Source: Schmidtea polychroa
Taxonomy: Eukaryota
Direction of reading: 5' to 3'
DNA length: 64,000 bases
NCBI GenBank assembly: GCA_044892525.1
Contig: CM097886.1
Location: 107,632,001-107,696,000 of the forward strand
Position numbers and translations under genes: made by a program. Positions 36,880-49,841 of this stretch are shown here, piece by piece (the stretch's first letter is position 1; every line of letters starts with the position of its first letter). The notes below the pieces were generated by a model. The model saw only the letters and a list, made by a program, of their open reading frames with translations, made no database searches and was not told where the DNA came from.

Positions 36880-37640
36880 AAATAAACGCAAATATATTTC
36901 GTTTTGCAATGAGGAATTCCTGTAGTGTTTATTTCTCAAAATAATTTTCATTTAGAATTAATAGAACTCACATTTGTTTCTTATGTAAGTTTGAAGTATT
37001 AGATGGTATTAATTGGAACACCACATTCTGCAAAATTAGCTAAAAGAATGTCTTTGGAATCCTAAAACTTAGTCAAAATGAGGGCTTTCGGTGACTTGTT
37101 TATGACATCATCTTTATAAAACAGAACTATCCAATCAGGTTTCTCTTTACAGATTCCAGTTTACACTAAGGCAACATATAATGAAAGTAGCGTCTCATCC
37201 ATAATAATAATATTATGCAAAACTACTCTCCAACATCGTTCAAAATCTGAAGGTTCCCTTTGCAGCACTGCAGACATCGATTTCGCATTTTAGCAGTTAA
37301 AAAACGTAATACAAATCGAAACCATAATTTTCGTATACTCCTTTCATTGAGTAATACATAAATAGTGCTTTAACTTAATTTCAGGTGCATTGTTAAGTCA
37401 CTGGTTGTAATTTTACTCTCAGTTTGAACAACATTTTTAAGTTTTCTGTTAGGTTTACTTTGATTTTAAAAAGGACTTCCTGTTTTTTCACCATAAAACG
37501 AAGGTTCTACCACTCTGAAAGTAATTTTACCAACGAAATATTTTGCTTTTGATGAGCATTTAACACCATAAACAACACTCAACTCTGTATTGACTTCTTC
37601 TATACTCTTGCCTTTCATAAAAATGTAACGATATAATAAT
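36880..37640 (-). mobile_element. Degraded mariner transposase remnant
   Basis: Frameshifted fragments read in order YFQSGR, TIYVLLNE-RSIRKLWFRFVLRFLT, C-GNL, YF-HY and F-IPK, as in mariner HTH and DD34D regions. No TIR identified. Confidence 0.55.
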
Positions 37641-37798
37641 TATAACGATATTACTCCCTTTATATAGACATTTTAAAGTAAATGCTAAAATTTCTTAATT
37701 AAGTATTAACTAATTAAAGCAAATTTATTTACTTCTCTAAGAGTCTCAATACTTATTCTTTATCATCGTAATTCATTATAATAAAACAAATAGTAATA

Positions 37799-37863
37799 CA
37801 GGTAACCTTCCTACAACGCGGCATTTTTTAGGAACCTATCTACCGCGTTGTAGGAGGGTAGTA
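37799..37863. mobile_element. Small Tigger-type MITE remnant
   Basis: Inverted CCTACAACGCGG / CCGCGTTGTAGG; the same motif occurs at about 29390-29475. Confidence 0.5.
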
Positions 37864-38369
37864 TATTAATAAGTCTTATAAATCAAATAATAATAAATTT
37901 TAATATACCTTAATATATATCTTAATATATCTTAATAAATCTTATATATAATTGTGAATGTAAGTATGTATGTATGTTTGTTACAATTTCTAAATACGGA
38001 AATTTTTAAATTGAATCCAATATAAAAATCCTTATAAATCTTTATTATTACAAAAATATCACTTTACCCAATTTAAATTCTTAGGTTAAATCTGTTCAAT
38101 TCAGGTCAGCATTAATGTGGGTGACCATCAAAAAAATCCGGTAATGTAGTATTTTATTTTTGTCTAATCGTTCACCAAATACCTTTATTGCATTACATTA
38201 ACATTAAGCATTATGCCTTGCAATATATAAAACTGTATCTGTATCTGTCCACTATTTTAATCTATAGATATAAAAAATTAGTTCTTTATTATCATAAATA
38301 CAAAACCCTTATTTTATATCTTGAACTCATGACAATTATGAACCATTAATATAATGTGGTTTAAAATTA

Positions 38370-39195
38370 ATGAACCACGTTTGGTTCCAGATACGCAAAA
38401 AGCTTACAACGAAATTCTGAAGTTGTTGACAGATAAAAAGGGTTGTCTTATTTTTCTAGATGTACCTAGAGGGACAGGCAAGACATTCTTTATCAATTAA
38501 CTTCTTGCCAAGGTTCGCCAACAAAACAAGATTTCACTTGCAGTGGGCTCCTCAGAAATTGCCTCAACTTTGCTAGTCGAGGGACGAACTGCACACTCTG
38601 CCTTTAAATTACTACTAAACTTAGCTCAAGAAGAACAGCTTATTTGAAATATTGCCAAAGGATCAGGATCAGCTAAACTTTTAGAGAGGTGTAAGATCAT
38701 TGATTGGGAGAAGTGCAAGCGAGTGCTAAAAGCTATGGATCGAACACTTCAGGATTTGAGAGACAATAAGTCACTGATTGGAGGACTATTAGTTGTTTTA
38801 GCAGCTGACTTTCGTCAAAGTTTGAAAGCCATTCCAAGAATAACACAAGCTGATGAATAAATTGCTTGCCTGAAAGCTTCAGTTTGAGGCATGAAAAAAA
38901 TGTCTCAAAATTTTCCTCAAAACCTTTGTACATTCTATTCAATATATGTTGTCAATGGTTTTTCTAAACGCTAAAAACCACTATCAAAACCATGCCTGGC
39001 CTTGTGAAAAAGCTATCTTAGCACCAAAAAATCAGAAAGTCAATGATATAAAAGCACAGACTGTAAATCAATTGCAAGGGGAGACCAAAGTTTATAAGTT
39101 AATTGATACAGTTACGGAGAAAGCTCAAGCTGTCTTTTATCCAGCTGAATTCCTTAATTCATAGGAAACACCTAGCTTACCTTCCCACACCCACT
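38370..39195 (+). pseudogene. Helitron PIF1 helicase fragment
   Basis: FFLDVPRGTGKTF, GRTAHSAFKL, AMDRTLQDLR...GGLLVVLAADFRQ, AILAPKN and YPAEFLNS, with several stops. Confidence 0.92.
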
Positions 39196-39434
39196 GATTC
39201 ACGCTACTTTTAATAGAGTTTTTTATTGGTGTACATTATAATTATATAATTTAATGTTTCTCAATCCATTTTAAGATAATAATTTGATTTAGAAATAGGA
39301 GAAATTGAATGAAAAATAATAAAACTTTGAGAAAATTTAACTTTTAAAATTAAAAAAAAATTAGGAGACTATTCATACAGCTCGAAAAGAATTAATGTCA
39401 ATGACTGATGATTTCTTACTTTTATTTTTAGTAT

Positions 39435-39663
39435 TATGAGGAAGATGAAAGATTCTAAAAATGTTAATTAGAAATTTTGTTAAATTTTAAAAATATTTTT
39501 ATCGAGCAATATTTTAAAGAGAAGATTGAAATTTAGCATTTTTAAAAAAATATTTTTATCGAATAGATAAGTTTTGAGTGTATAATTTATTAAATAAAAT
39601 TTATGGAATTATTTAGGTATTTGTAAACCGATATTAATGGTTTAACGGAAGATAATCCTAATA
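39435..39663 (+). mobile_element. Solo LTR related to the 10385-14955 Gypsy family
   Basis: 229 bp, starts TATGAGGAAG and ends CCTAATA, with internal similarity to the LTRs. No PBS follows; the TSD is not clean. Confidence 0.75.
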
Positions 39664-40089
39664 ATCATAACGTCTATAGTGCATAAATGAACTTTTAATC
39701 TTATTGATTTTTAAGATTGCGTGTCAATTAAATTAAAAGTTTTTTTTTGTTTAAATGATTCAAATAAATGTGACACTCTTATAAAATAAACGATATTTCT
39801 TTCGTGAATTATACAATTATAAATGAGTGATCTTAAGAGAATATATAAAAAGATTTCATAATTGAAAAAGTTCAGGACCTATTCGAACAAAGTTATACAG
39901 GCAATATTTAGCCATTGGTACTTGCGGACTAAAAATTTATCATTAGCTTTGTAAAAGGTTACAAGGTATTCTTGAAATTAAAGAAATAGTGCAAAAAATT
40001 ATGATGTATCAAAACTATTAAAAACAGTGCCGGATCTTAAAGTATAAATTTAAAAAATCTATTTCATTTCACAAATAGTCATAACCTAC

Positions 40090-40398
40090 TTTTTAAAGGA
40101 AGATAAAAGTTTTCTTCGGTTTCCTTATCGTAAGGAGACAAATCCACTTTAGCCAAACAAGTACATTGGAAGGAATAATTCATATACATATAACTGTATG
40201 AAATAACGCCATCTTTAAAATAAATATTATCTAAAATATATTTATCCTGAGGAGACAAATTTGTCGCTGTGGCACCAATTGGTACAATATACTTTGTTCT
40301 TCCTATTTGACAATATAAAAATTTAGTATAGACGCTAGGTACATTTGTACAATGCCAGGCTGTGTCATTATATGTAGCATACCTCACTTGAGGCCAGC
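40090..40398 (-). CDS. Module exon (309 nt, phase 1-1) of the unannotated family
   Basis: TTTAAG acceptor and GTAGG donor. Same length as, and aligns with, 55349-55657 (ND(T/S)...CT, C-C--K----PY--E---NF-LP). Confidence 0.7.
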
Positions 40399-40632
40399 CT
40401 TAAAAAATTGAGTATTAAAAATAAAAAATGAATTTATTGATAACGGTTAAAATTCTATTAAGGATTTTAGAATTATTTAACTTTATTTTTGTTTTAAATA
40501 TAAAAATAATTAAATATGATTCGATTAATTTACATTATAATTTATGAACAAATGACAATTTAGTAGGTATAGTTAGCAAATACTTTGTCTATGATTGAAA
40601 GTTTTCTTTTTAATAAGTTACAATTTCTTTAA

Positions 40633-40872
40633 CCCTCTCCGTGTAAAAATTAATGCTGATATTTATAGTGACCCGTTCTATTACCACAAAAACGGTTACA
40701 AAATGTGCCTTCAGCTTCATCCCGATGGATTCAAAGCTGGAAAAGGGACACATCTTTCTGTTTTATTTTTCATAATGCGCGGTGAAAACGATGTACTTTT
40801 GCAATGACCTATGAAACTGAAAGTGACATCTTGCTTTAATGTCGAATATATTCGACAAATATACGGAGAGGG
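40633..40872 (+). mobile_element. piggyBac-type non-autonomous element carrying a TRAF MATH-domain fragment
   Basis: TTAA at 40629-40632 and 40873-40876; perfect TIR CCCTCTCCGT. The interior reads IYSDPFYYHKNGYKMCLQLHPDGFKAGKGTHLSVLFFIMRGENDVLLQ*PMKLKVT. Confidence 0.85.
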
Positions 40873-42232
40873 TTAATGTAAGGTATTTTCATTCGAGGAT
40901 TGAATATTTCAAGTGATTTGTAAAAAAATGATTTAAAATGAATTTAAATAGTAAATAACTAAAATTAGGAATAAAAATTTTATTAAATAGTAGAAAGATG
41001 TGTGGACTCAAGCCCAACAGGAATCCTCGACTCTCACAAACATTTTTTGGGTTAATAGGGGGTACCCGCTACTTTTTTTGAAACCCAAACCCCCATAAAA
41101 TTTTTGTTTTAACCAGCGATTACATAATATATTTAAATATTTTTAATCACCAATTACGTAATAATTTAAAAAACTTTAAATCGCTAATTACTTCATTAAT
41201 TTTAGTTTTTTATAATAACTATTTATATAAATATACTTGAAATTAAATTCTCTATTATATAAAACTATGACGTAATCAAAATTGTGAAAATTCATTTTTA
41301 GTTCACCAATTTTCAATTTACTCATATTTTTAAACAACTTGAGATATTTTAACTCAGAGAATATATAGAATTTAAATCTCCACAAAATGATATTATTATT
41401 TATTTCAAATTCATACTCATAACACCTTAAACAATGCCATTTTCAGCCAACCTTTACATACACACATTTCCAACATTTATTCATCTATACTTAAGAAAAC
41501 CCATTCTGTTATAAAAATATCATAATAAAAGACATTAAAAACTAAAAATTTATTAAAATCACAGAAATATTCTAGCGCTATTTACTCTCCAAATTGGTGA
41601 TATGACATATTTATCATCCATTTTATATTTACAAACTAGCTTTCCCCATCTTTATATTCAAATTCTTCAAATGCATCATGAAAACGTGAATTTCGGTTAT
41701 TGATGAATATATTTTCATTGCAACTTAGAATCTTGTTGATTTTACCTAACACTTTATTTACTGCAACATCTTTTTTTGTTATATTAAAAATGAAACTTGA
41801 ATACTGCGACTTGATCAATTTCAATGCATTTGATAATTTAAATGGAATTTCACCTCCCAAGAAATATATCTTATGGTTATGACACATGTGTACTGGTTTC
41901 ACATCTTTCTTGATTTGAACCTGTTTCACTCATTTTCTTAATTGCAATTGTTTCTTTGAATACAATAAATCTAAGAAATAATATTACTAATTATTTTTAT
42001 TAAATTTTATTATTAAATTTTATCAATCATTAATTAGTATTTTATTAATTGATATTAATAATTTTATTTCATTTTCATTCTTCTTTTTCTTATTATATAA
42101 TAATATTATTATTATTAGTGTCACTCATCGTGAAATATTTAATACTCAAAGTTCGAATTTAATAATTCATATAAAAATAAAGTATGTCAAGAACTCTTCA
42201 CCAAAAATAATTTAAATAGCTGAACACATTAA

Positions 42233-42234
<2 letters not shown>

Positions 42235-42281
<47 letters not shown>

Positions 42282-42282
42282 T
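42235..42282. repeat. (TTA)n microsatellite
   Basis: Seen directly. Confidence 0.9.
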
Positions 42283-42449
42283 CAAAGTATCGACCGAAAC
42301 CATGTACATCTTAAAAATTATTATTTAGAATTAATAAAATTACGACATAATATTTTCAAAATTAAATTCTATTACTCACCGTTGAAAATTAAATATCTAT
42401 TCTTCATTAAAAATCAATCAAATAATTTAACTAGATGTAAACATTATAT

Positions 42450-42580
42450 CAGTGGTACGCAAACTATGTGTCGCGGCATATTAGTGTGCCGTAAAAGAAT
42501 TTAAAATACATTCTTTCTATTTGTGCCTTGACTTTTTTTTTCTATTTTGTGCCGGGAGGTAAAAAGTTTGCGTACCACTG
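42450..42580. mobile_element. hAT MITE (131 bp)
   Basis: Perfect 16-bp TIR CAGTGGTACGCAAACT; flanks CATTATAT/AGTTATAT (6 of 8 match). Confidence 0.85.
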
Positions 42581-45289
42581 AGTTATATATTACATAATTG
42601 TTCCGAGAAATCTGTTTTAATTATAATTATTATTTCATTTAAATTATATTTAAAGTCAGCATGTTTTAATTACAATAAATTCATGATAACATTAATTAAG
42701 ACTATTTTCTTAATAAATTTCTGTCTATTAGATACAAAGATTATAGATGTAGTGCCTCTGACTAGCACTTTTATTAATTTAACAATTGAACAAGAAAACT
42801 ATATTATTGAATTAATTAAATTAAAATTAAAAATAAAAAACAATTGTTTAAATAATCTTTTACTTTCTCTTTTTACAAAATCATTATCAAATTCAATATA
42901 CGAAAATCATTATCAAATTCAATTTAAAAAAAGCATCAAATTCAAACATGTCTAACGAAGTAACTGAAGTTGTCACTGAAGTCGAACAAGTTGAAGAATC
43001 ATCAAATCGAGTCAAAATAAATGGATCAAATATATCAGAAATATAGAAAACAGAGACCTTCATCGTATTCACAATGATGTCTCTAGTGATGTTCAAGTTC
43101 TTCGACAATGTTAATAACAATAAATTATTTGTTCAAATTAATTGTATGTCTCTCCAATAGACTATATGTGTTAGCACTGTATGTAAAACTATTCATATTT
43201 TTATGGTTTATTATAGTGTTTATATTTGGGGGTACATGAAAAGATGTTCAATTTTATATCAGTGTATTAAATATTTATATATGATATCAATTCGAATTTC
43301 TGCTTGTCACAGTAAATATAAAATAAATATTATCAATTATTAAATAAAATTTCTCTCGCTTTTATGAACTTAAAAATAAATTATTATTGAAAATAATAAA
43401 TCTTTTATTGATAAATAATAAATATATTATTTAAGTTTGTTCATTTATCAACTGTGTTTGATATTTAAATATTCTATAAATTGATAATCTGTAAAGTTAA
43501 ATTAATTTGATGCACTACTAAATTTAAAACTTACTGATTTCTGGAACTAATTCATAATTATTTCGAATAACCTGTTAATTTTAGAATTCTAAAATTGAAT
43601 AAAACTTATGATTTTGAATTTATAGCTTAAATATTATTTTGAAAATATAATTTTAAAACTTATTTAGTTGTAATAAATAAAGTTTTTATAATTTTACTTG
43701 AAAATTAACCCTACACTGCATGACTTTTTATATTTGTTGTCTAAGTACTTTGTACACTTTCACTTAAACTGTAAGACGTTTTAAAAATTGATTTGGTAAT
43801 ACAAAACTATTGAGAATTACATTACGGTTTTTTGTATTATATTGTAAATATAGCCAATACAATGCAATATGAGAGTACAATTACTTTTTATTCTAATAAG
43901 ATAATTGTGTATCACCAGTGATACAATATGCAGTGTAGAGTTAAGATTTTAATTGAGAATATTTAAAATTTTCGGTTTGAGGATCATAAAACCATCACAG
44001 ATTGTGTTCTTCTAAAATGTGTAATATTAGTGGGTCAAAAATGCAAGTAAACAGACGGGTCAATCATGCGTATTATCTGAATTAGTTTTGCATACATGAG
44101 TCATGTCTATATGTCAAAATTTGTATAAATACTTAATAAATATAGTTAATGAATCAAGAAAATATTATCACCAATGGTTTGATGTCAAATAATGACATCA
44201 CATATAGTCTAAATATCTTAGTAAATGACGCAGAGATTCAATGCAATTGATTGCTTGTGGATTTTAAACCAAAACACAATAACTATCAAGAAACATGCAT
44301 TCGAAGGTGTTATTTACTCACTTTTCGATGAAAACATGAATTATTCATGTAATATTGTGACATTCATGTACATGAAACAAATATTAAATAATTCATAATT
44401 AGATTACGAAAATTATTTTCAATGATCGGTACATGTATACATTTTTAATTAATTAGAATAATAACATCATTTTAGATGATTCAAAGTGAAATAAGTCCCT
44501 GGATTCAAGAAAACGGTCAATTGGAAAATATAAGAGAATTGGCTGAAAAAATACAAACATAATCAAACCATTGAAATAATCAAAATATCTTTATGTATCT
44601 GTAGTATTTATATTATTGGAACTTTAATTTTCCGAAATTCAATTTTTAAACTTTTGTTAGGTAATTTTCTGAAAATAAATGTATGTTTTTTAATTTGTGT
44701 TTAAAAAGAAAAATCTTTCCAACTAATGTTTAGTGATGTAATAACATTATTAGTCATGCACGTAAATTGCATCTGCATTGTTTAGTGACTAACATGAGAA
44801 AATATGAGAAAATGGATAATGGTTTCTAATTATTATTGAATATTATAAAAAATCGGATAATATCTAACTAGAATTAGTAAACTAATTAATTAATTAGGGT
44901 AAGATCAAGTAGATTCATCATCAAAGATATATGATAGTTCTAAACATTAGATGGAACACGATAGTAAAATGATTTTCTTATGATTTCAATATGTGTTTTA
45001 TTGTAAACATGTTTCAAACACAAAAACCATAATAAATTCTACATCTAATGTTTTGCTACCAGTGTTTTGATATTAGTCACGCATATGTAATATTTTGTCC
45101 TTGTAAAACATACTTTTCACAATCTAGTGGTAACAGACATAAAAATATTATTTAATTGAAATTATTGAAGTAAAATATGGAAATTTACTGGATGTCATTG
45201 AAAACATTCATTTTTATGTAGATATAGTGTATTCAACAACTACGCTGACTCCAAAAGTATCAATTATTATAGTAAAAGTATAGATAAAG

Positions 45290-47270
45290 ATATGAAGAAT
45301 TCAGAGGTAGCAGAAGAATGTAATTTGGAAAATAAACAGATTTATAAGGAAGGAATTTGTGGAAAGAAAAAGAGAAAAAATACAAATACTCGCATTAGAT
45401 GAATGGGAAAATGATATTATCATGATGATAAAATGCATGGTCGGCCAAATGTGACTATTAGAATACAAGATCAGAAGATGGAGTGTTTGCTCGATACATG
45501 AGCTGCAGTAAATGCCATGAGTTAGAGTAAATTCGAGAAACTTAAAGATATAGAACTAATTAATACAAAGGATACATTGAGATGTGCCAATAACAGTTTT
45601 TTAGAAACGAAAGGGAAGGCAATATTACAAATTGAAATAAATGGCAGAAAAAGAAGCTCAAAGTTTACGATAGTAAAATATATAGAAACTCAGATGGTCG
45701 TATAGAGTTGGTGGTATAGTTGCAAAAAAAAAGTGATTAGTAGAAGATGATCAGATAACTCTTTATCTGCTCCATATATTCTTCTGTATTCATAACTTGG
45801 TTGTGGTTTGACTATCATTCCTAATATTTATTTTTTAAACAATACTTATGCTGTATTATTTTTTATTGTGTTTTGAATTGTTGAATTAAGCACAAATTCC
45901 ACTTATGATAACTCTACTCAGTTTTCTTATAATTTTATCTTTTAAGTAAATTTGGATGGCGTCTCGTATTGTTTTTAATTGTCTTTCATTCAATTAGCTG
46001 AATGATGATAGTCACTTGAACAGACTATTTTAATTCGATGAATTTTCATTAAATATTTTATTAATTTGGCTTCAAACGATTTTCTTCTGTCACAATTTAT
46101 AACCGTCGGTGCTCAATATTTTTATTTTCAAAAAAAAATTTCTGTAAAACATAATCCTGGATTTTCTTTACATCTGCATAACATCAATTTGATCAGTATG
46201 CTCTATAAATTACCTCATCTCTTATTTAGTATCCATATTTTATTGTTGTTTTTCTTTAAAACATTTCGAACATAGTCTTTTTGTATCTTAAGATAGGATA
46301 TTTTTTCCTTATTTTATTTCGCACAATAATGACACTAGTCTTCAGGTAATAGTGTAGTATTAGAATTTAATTGAACTGCAAATTAGTAGAAGCCAAATAA
46401 CTGTATAATGAAATAAATGCACTTACAAACCCATACATAGAAGAAATTTTGCAATCATTCAAATAGAAATTAATTATTAAAGAAAAGAAAAAATGGTTTG
46501 GTAAGGAAAAATGCATGAACATGGCATATCTATACGAAATCACAATTTATGAATTTTAATGACATTAAATAAGAGTCAGTGAATTATGTAAATGCAGTTA
46601 TTTGAAATCACTATCTTTATGATAAATACTTGTGAAATATATCAGAAAAGAAAAGTTTTACCATCGGAAATTCATGAAATAGTTTACAGATTATAGCCAA
46701 CTGAACTATTTGAAAGTAATTTCATTAATTTTTGTGGACCACTAAAGATAACTTATAGTGGAAAGACATATATTATGGAAATGATTGACCAATTTAGTAG
46801 ATGTTTTAGATTTCTACCGAATAAATAGATATTAAAATTTGGTTCAGCAAAAAAAATTTAGATTGATAGAAAAAAACTTTTGAATAAGAGGAATTAAAAC
46901 CATTAGTAATTGAACATAATATCAATTTAAATTTCTCGAGCTCATAACATTAATAACCAAATGGCCAATGGGAAAGACAATTTCGAACAATACGACAATG
47001 GATACAATGTAGTATTAATGATAATTTCTATAAAAACTCGGAAGAGGCAATTCGACAAATACAATATATATTAAAGGACACAGTTCAGAAGACTACTAAA
47101 CATTCTCTGATAGAAATTATATCTGGCAAATGCATAAACAAGCATTATTTTGTGCAACGAGACATAAAGATAAATGAAAATATTTCGAAAAATATCGATG
47201 AGTAATGAAAGGAATGAAAACATCAATATTTACAACAATTGAAAAAGTAAAATGGTGAAGGACTTATCCA
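45290..47270 (+). mobile_element. pol: Heavily degraded Gypsy internal remnants (protease and integrase) of the same lineage
   Basis: MHGRPNVTIRIQDQKMECLLDT*AAVNAMS, ...GPLKITYSGKTYIMEMIDQFSR and PNGQWERQFRTIRQ. Bounds are approximate and the region may be more than one fragment. Confidence 0.75.
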
Positions 47271-48073
47271 ATGCATTCCAAAGAAAATCCCAACTAAATA
47301 AAAAAATGATGCCAATTTTTATAACCATTTAGACACTTTGTTGTAACTATCTAATATCTTTTGCAGTCTGGTTTATCTAAAACGTGTTTTCGTACTAATT
47401 AAATGTTAATATAGTAATAAAAACAAATGTATATTAAATTAGAAAATAACACTGTCTTGCATAATGTCATTTTTTCATATTTCTCACACTTTATTATCTG
47501 TGTATTGTGGTGCTCTCATATGACTGCTTAGAGTACCATATAATTCCCAAGAAGACTAAATATTTATCATAAGGAAGAAAACGTAGTAAATTTTTACCAA
47601 AGGAAGAGAATACTAAGGGGGCCTATAAATATTTAGTAAAATTAACTTTTATTATTTAGTCTATATTTAGTAAATAAATATTTATCTTTCTTTTGCATTA
47701 TATATGTGTAGGATAACTGTAAATAAAACCTGTTTGAAAAATTATTATTTGTATGTATGTCTGATTATTATGTAATGTATATCTGAATGTCAAAGGTGTA
47801 ATATTGTATTATGGATGCATTTGTGTATCTTGCTCAAGATATTTACAATACAATTATTTCCTCGAGAGGGATAATAAATTATAATAAATTGAAATATTAG
47901 TCTTCTAACAATCGTCAAAAACAAATCTAAAAAATTATTTAAAATAAATAAAGAATATAATTATTGGAAAAAGTTCGTTTAAAATTTGATAATAAAATGA
48001 AAGAAATTGAATTTTTCTTATTCAATGCATTATAATATTAAAAATAATTGTGTATATTTCACAAAAATGAGAA

Positions 48074-48540
48074 TTAATTAAAAAATGAAAAATTTTCCAA
48101 ACTTGTTGTTGGCAGAACTCCATCATCGGTATAGACAGTCCCATTGATGGTTACTTCACATTTTACTGGAATGTCATACGGAGAAAACATTAAAGCAACT
48201 CTTAACAGATTCCCACCATAAACCTTAAAATTACGTAATACATATCGATTGTCAAATTCGTCTAATTGTGGATGTGATCTTTTAGGTAGTTCAATTAATA
48301 TTTGTTTTATTGTGCAGTAGAATACAACTTTGTCATAACTATCATAACCAAAGATTTTACATGTTACACGTGATTGGTAAGTTAAATTTGTTAGTTTGAC
48401 ATACACTCCTGAAGTTTTATATAAATTTTCAAAAAAACATTGTGAAAAACAAATTTACCTGACACGGACAGCACAAAAAAGTTAATAAGAATAGCAATAA
48501 CAATACTTGAATACTTAAAACCTAAACTCACTAAAATCAT
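48074..48540 (-). CDS. Signal-peptide exon plus module exon; putative secreted or surface protein
   Basis: Exon 48540-48459 encodes MILVSLGFKYSSIVIAILINFFVLSVS-G, followed by a 50-nt GT-AG phase-1 intron (48458-48409). Exon 2 is open to the stop at 48074 (138 aa total) or to a possible phase-1 donor at 48102. Paralogous to 54395-54712. Confidence 0.8.
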
Positions 48541-49476
48541 TGTGAAAAATACAAAAAATATATAAATTTACTCTGACTGTCATGATCTACTGAAATGACC
48601 ATTTCTATTTTGATCCATATATAATAGGGTTCCTGAACTAATGATAAAGGAAACGATCCTGATAAACTATTAAAACTATTTCAGTTTAATAAAAAATATA
48701 TATTTATATTGATTTTCAATTCAAACAAATGTAGAAATATTTTAATTTCAATTTCTTATTGAGTGATTTTCAATTTTTTTACATTTTTAATTTTAATAAG
48801 TAATATATATATATATATATATACAGGGCCGTAACAAGGGTGGTGCGAGTGGTGCAGTCGCACAGGGCGGACATCTGAATGGGTCGCAAAATTGTAATGT
48901 AACATTTTTTTCATGTTACCAGAAAATAACAAAATATAAATAAAAGAAATTATCAAATGGCCTCAGGAAAGAAACGACACATTAACTAGCCTATCTTTAA
49001 CATTGCTGATTGGATTGGTTCATTAGCGTGCCTTCATAGGTGTGTATTTTGAAAAATGTTAGTCCACAAAATAGGCTCCTGTAATTATTTCAATTAGCAA
49101 CAGCATTTTAAGAGCATTACTACCTATTATAATAGCTGGAAATGAATACATAGTTAACAATATAAAAACATGAATATTATAATTATTATAGTAGGCTGAT
49201 ATGAATTCGGGTTTTAGAGGCCTAACCCAACATAGAATAATTTTATTAGACTTCAATTAAAATTACAATTCGTCACTATATTTGCGTCTTTCTCTCTAAA
49301 TAAATATTGCTCGCTAAGGTAGACAACCCAAGGGCAATCATATTTTCTGCTACGAGAGTTAAATTCGCTTTGAATTACTAGATTTCGTCTTCTGATCGCT
49401 AACTGCCTTCAGAGCTCGGGTTTCCCATGGGCTCGGGCTTCCCATTACGGATTAATTAGCTTTTATTAATTTTTTC

Positions 49477-49680
49477 GGATTCTAGGACAAAATGGTAGAG
49501 GACAATATGGTACGGGCAAAATGGTACTAGGATTATAGGATTAAATGGCATGGACAAAGTGAATAAAACAATAGTAAAATACCATGTCACTTTAGATAGA
49601 CCATTGTATCGGTACTATTTTGTTTTCTATCATTTTGTCTCACCACCATTTTTTCGTTATAACTTTCCCTGTAAACCATT
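49477..49680. mobile_element. Foldback/MULE-like MITE with GGACAAAATGG-type subterminal repeats
   Basis: Repeated GGACAA(A/T)ATGGTA on the left and inverse CATTTTGT on the right; no clean TSD. Confidence 0.5.
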
Positions 49681-49841
49681 TATTAAATTTTCTTTATAAT
49701 TTCTGTATTTGTCTTTCAATTTGGCGTTCAGCCGTACTCGTTCCCCCCGTTCAGTATTGATTTTCGATTTTCAGTAAATTTTTAATTAATTTTGTACTTT
49801 TGTTGTTTGGACCTTTTTATTGATTTTAACAACATTTGTTA

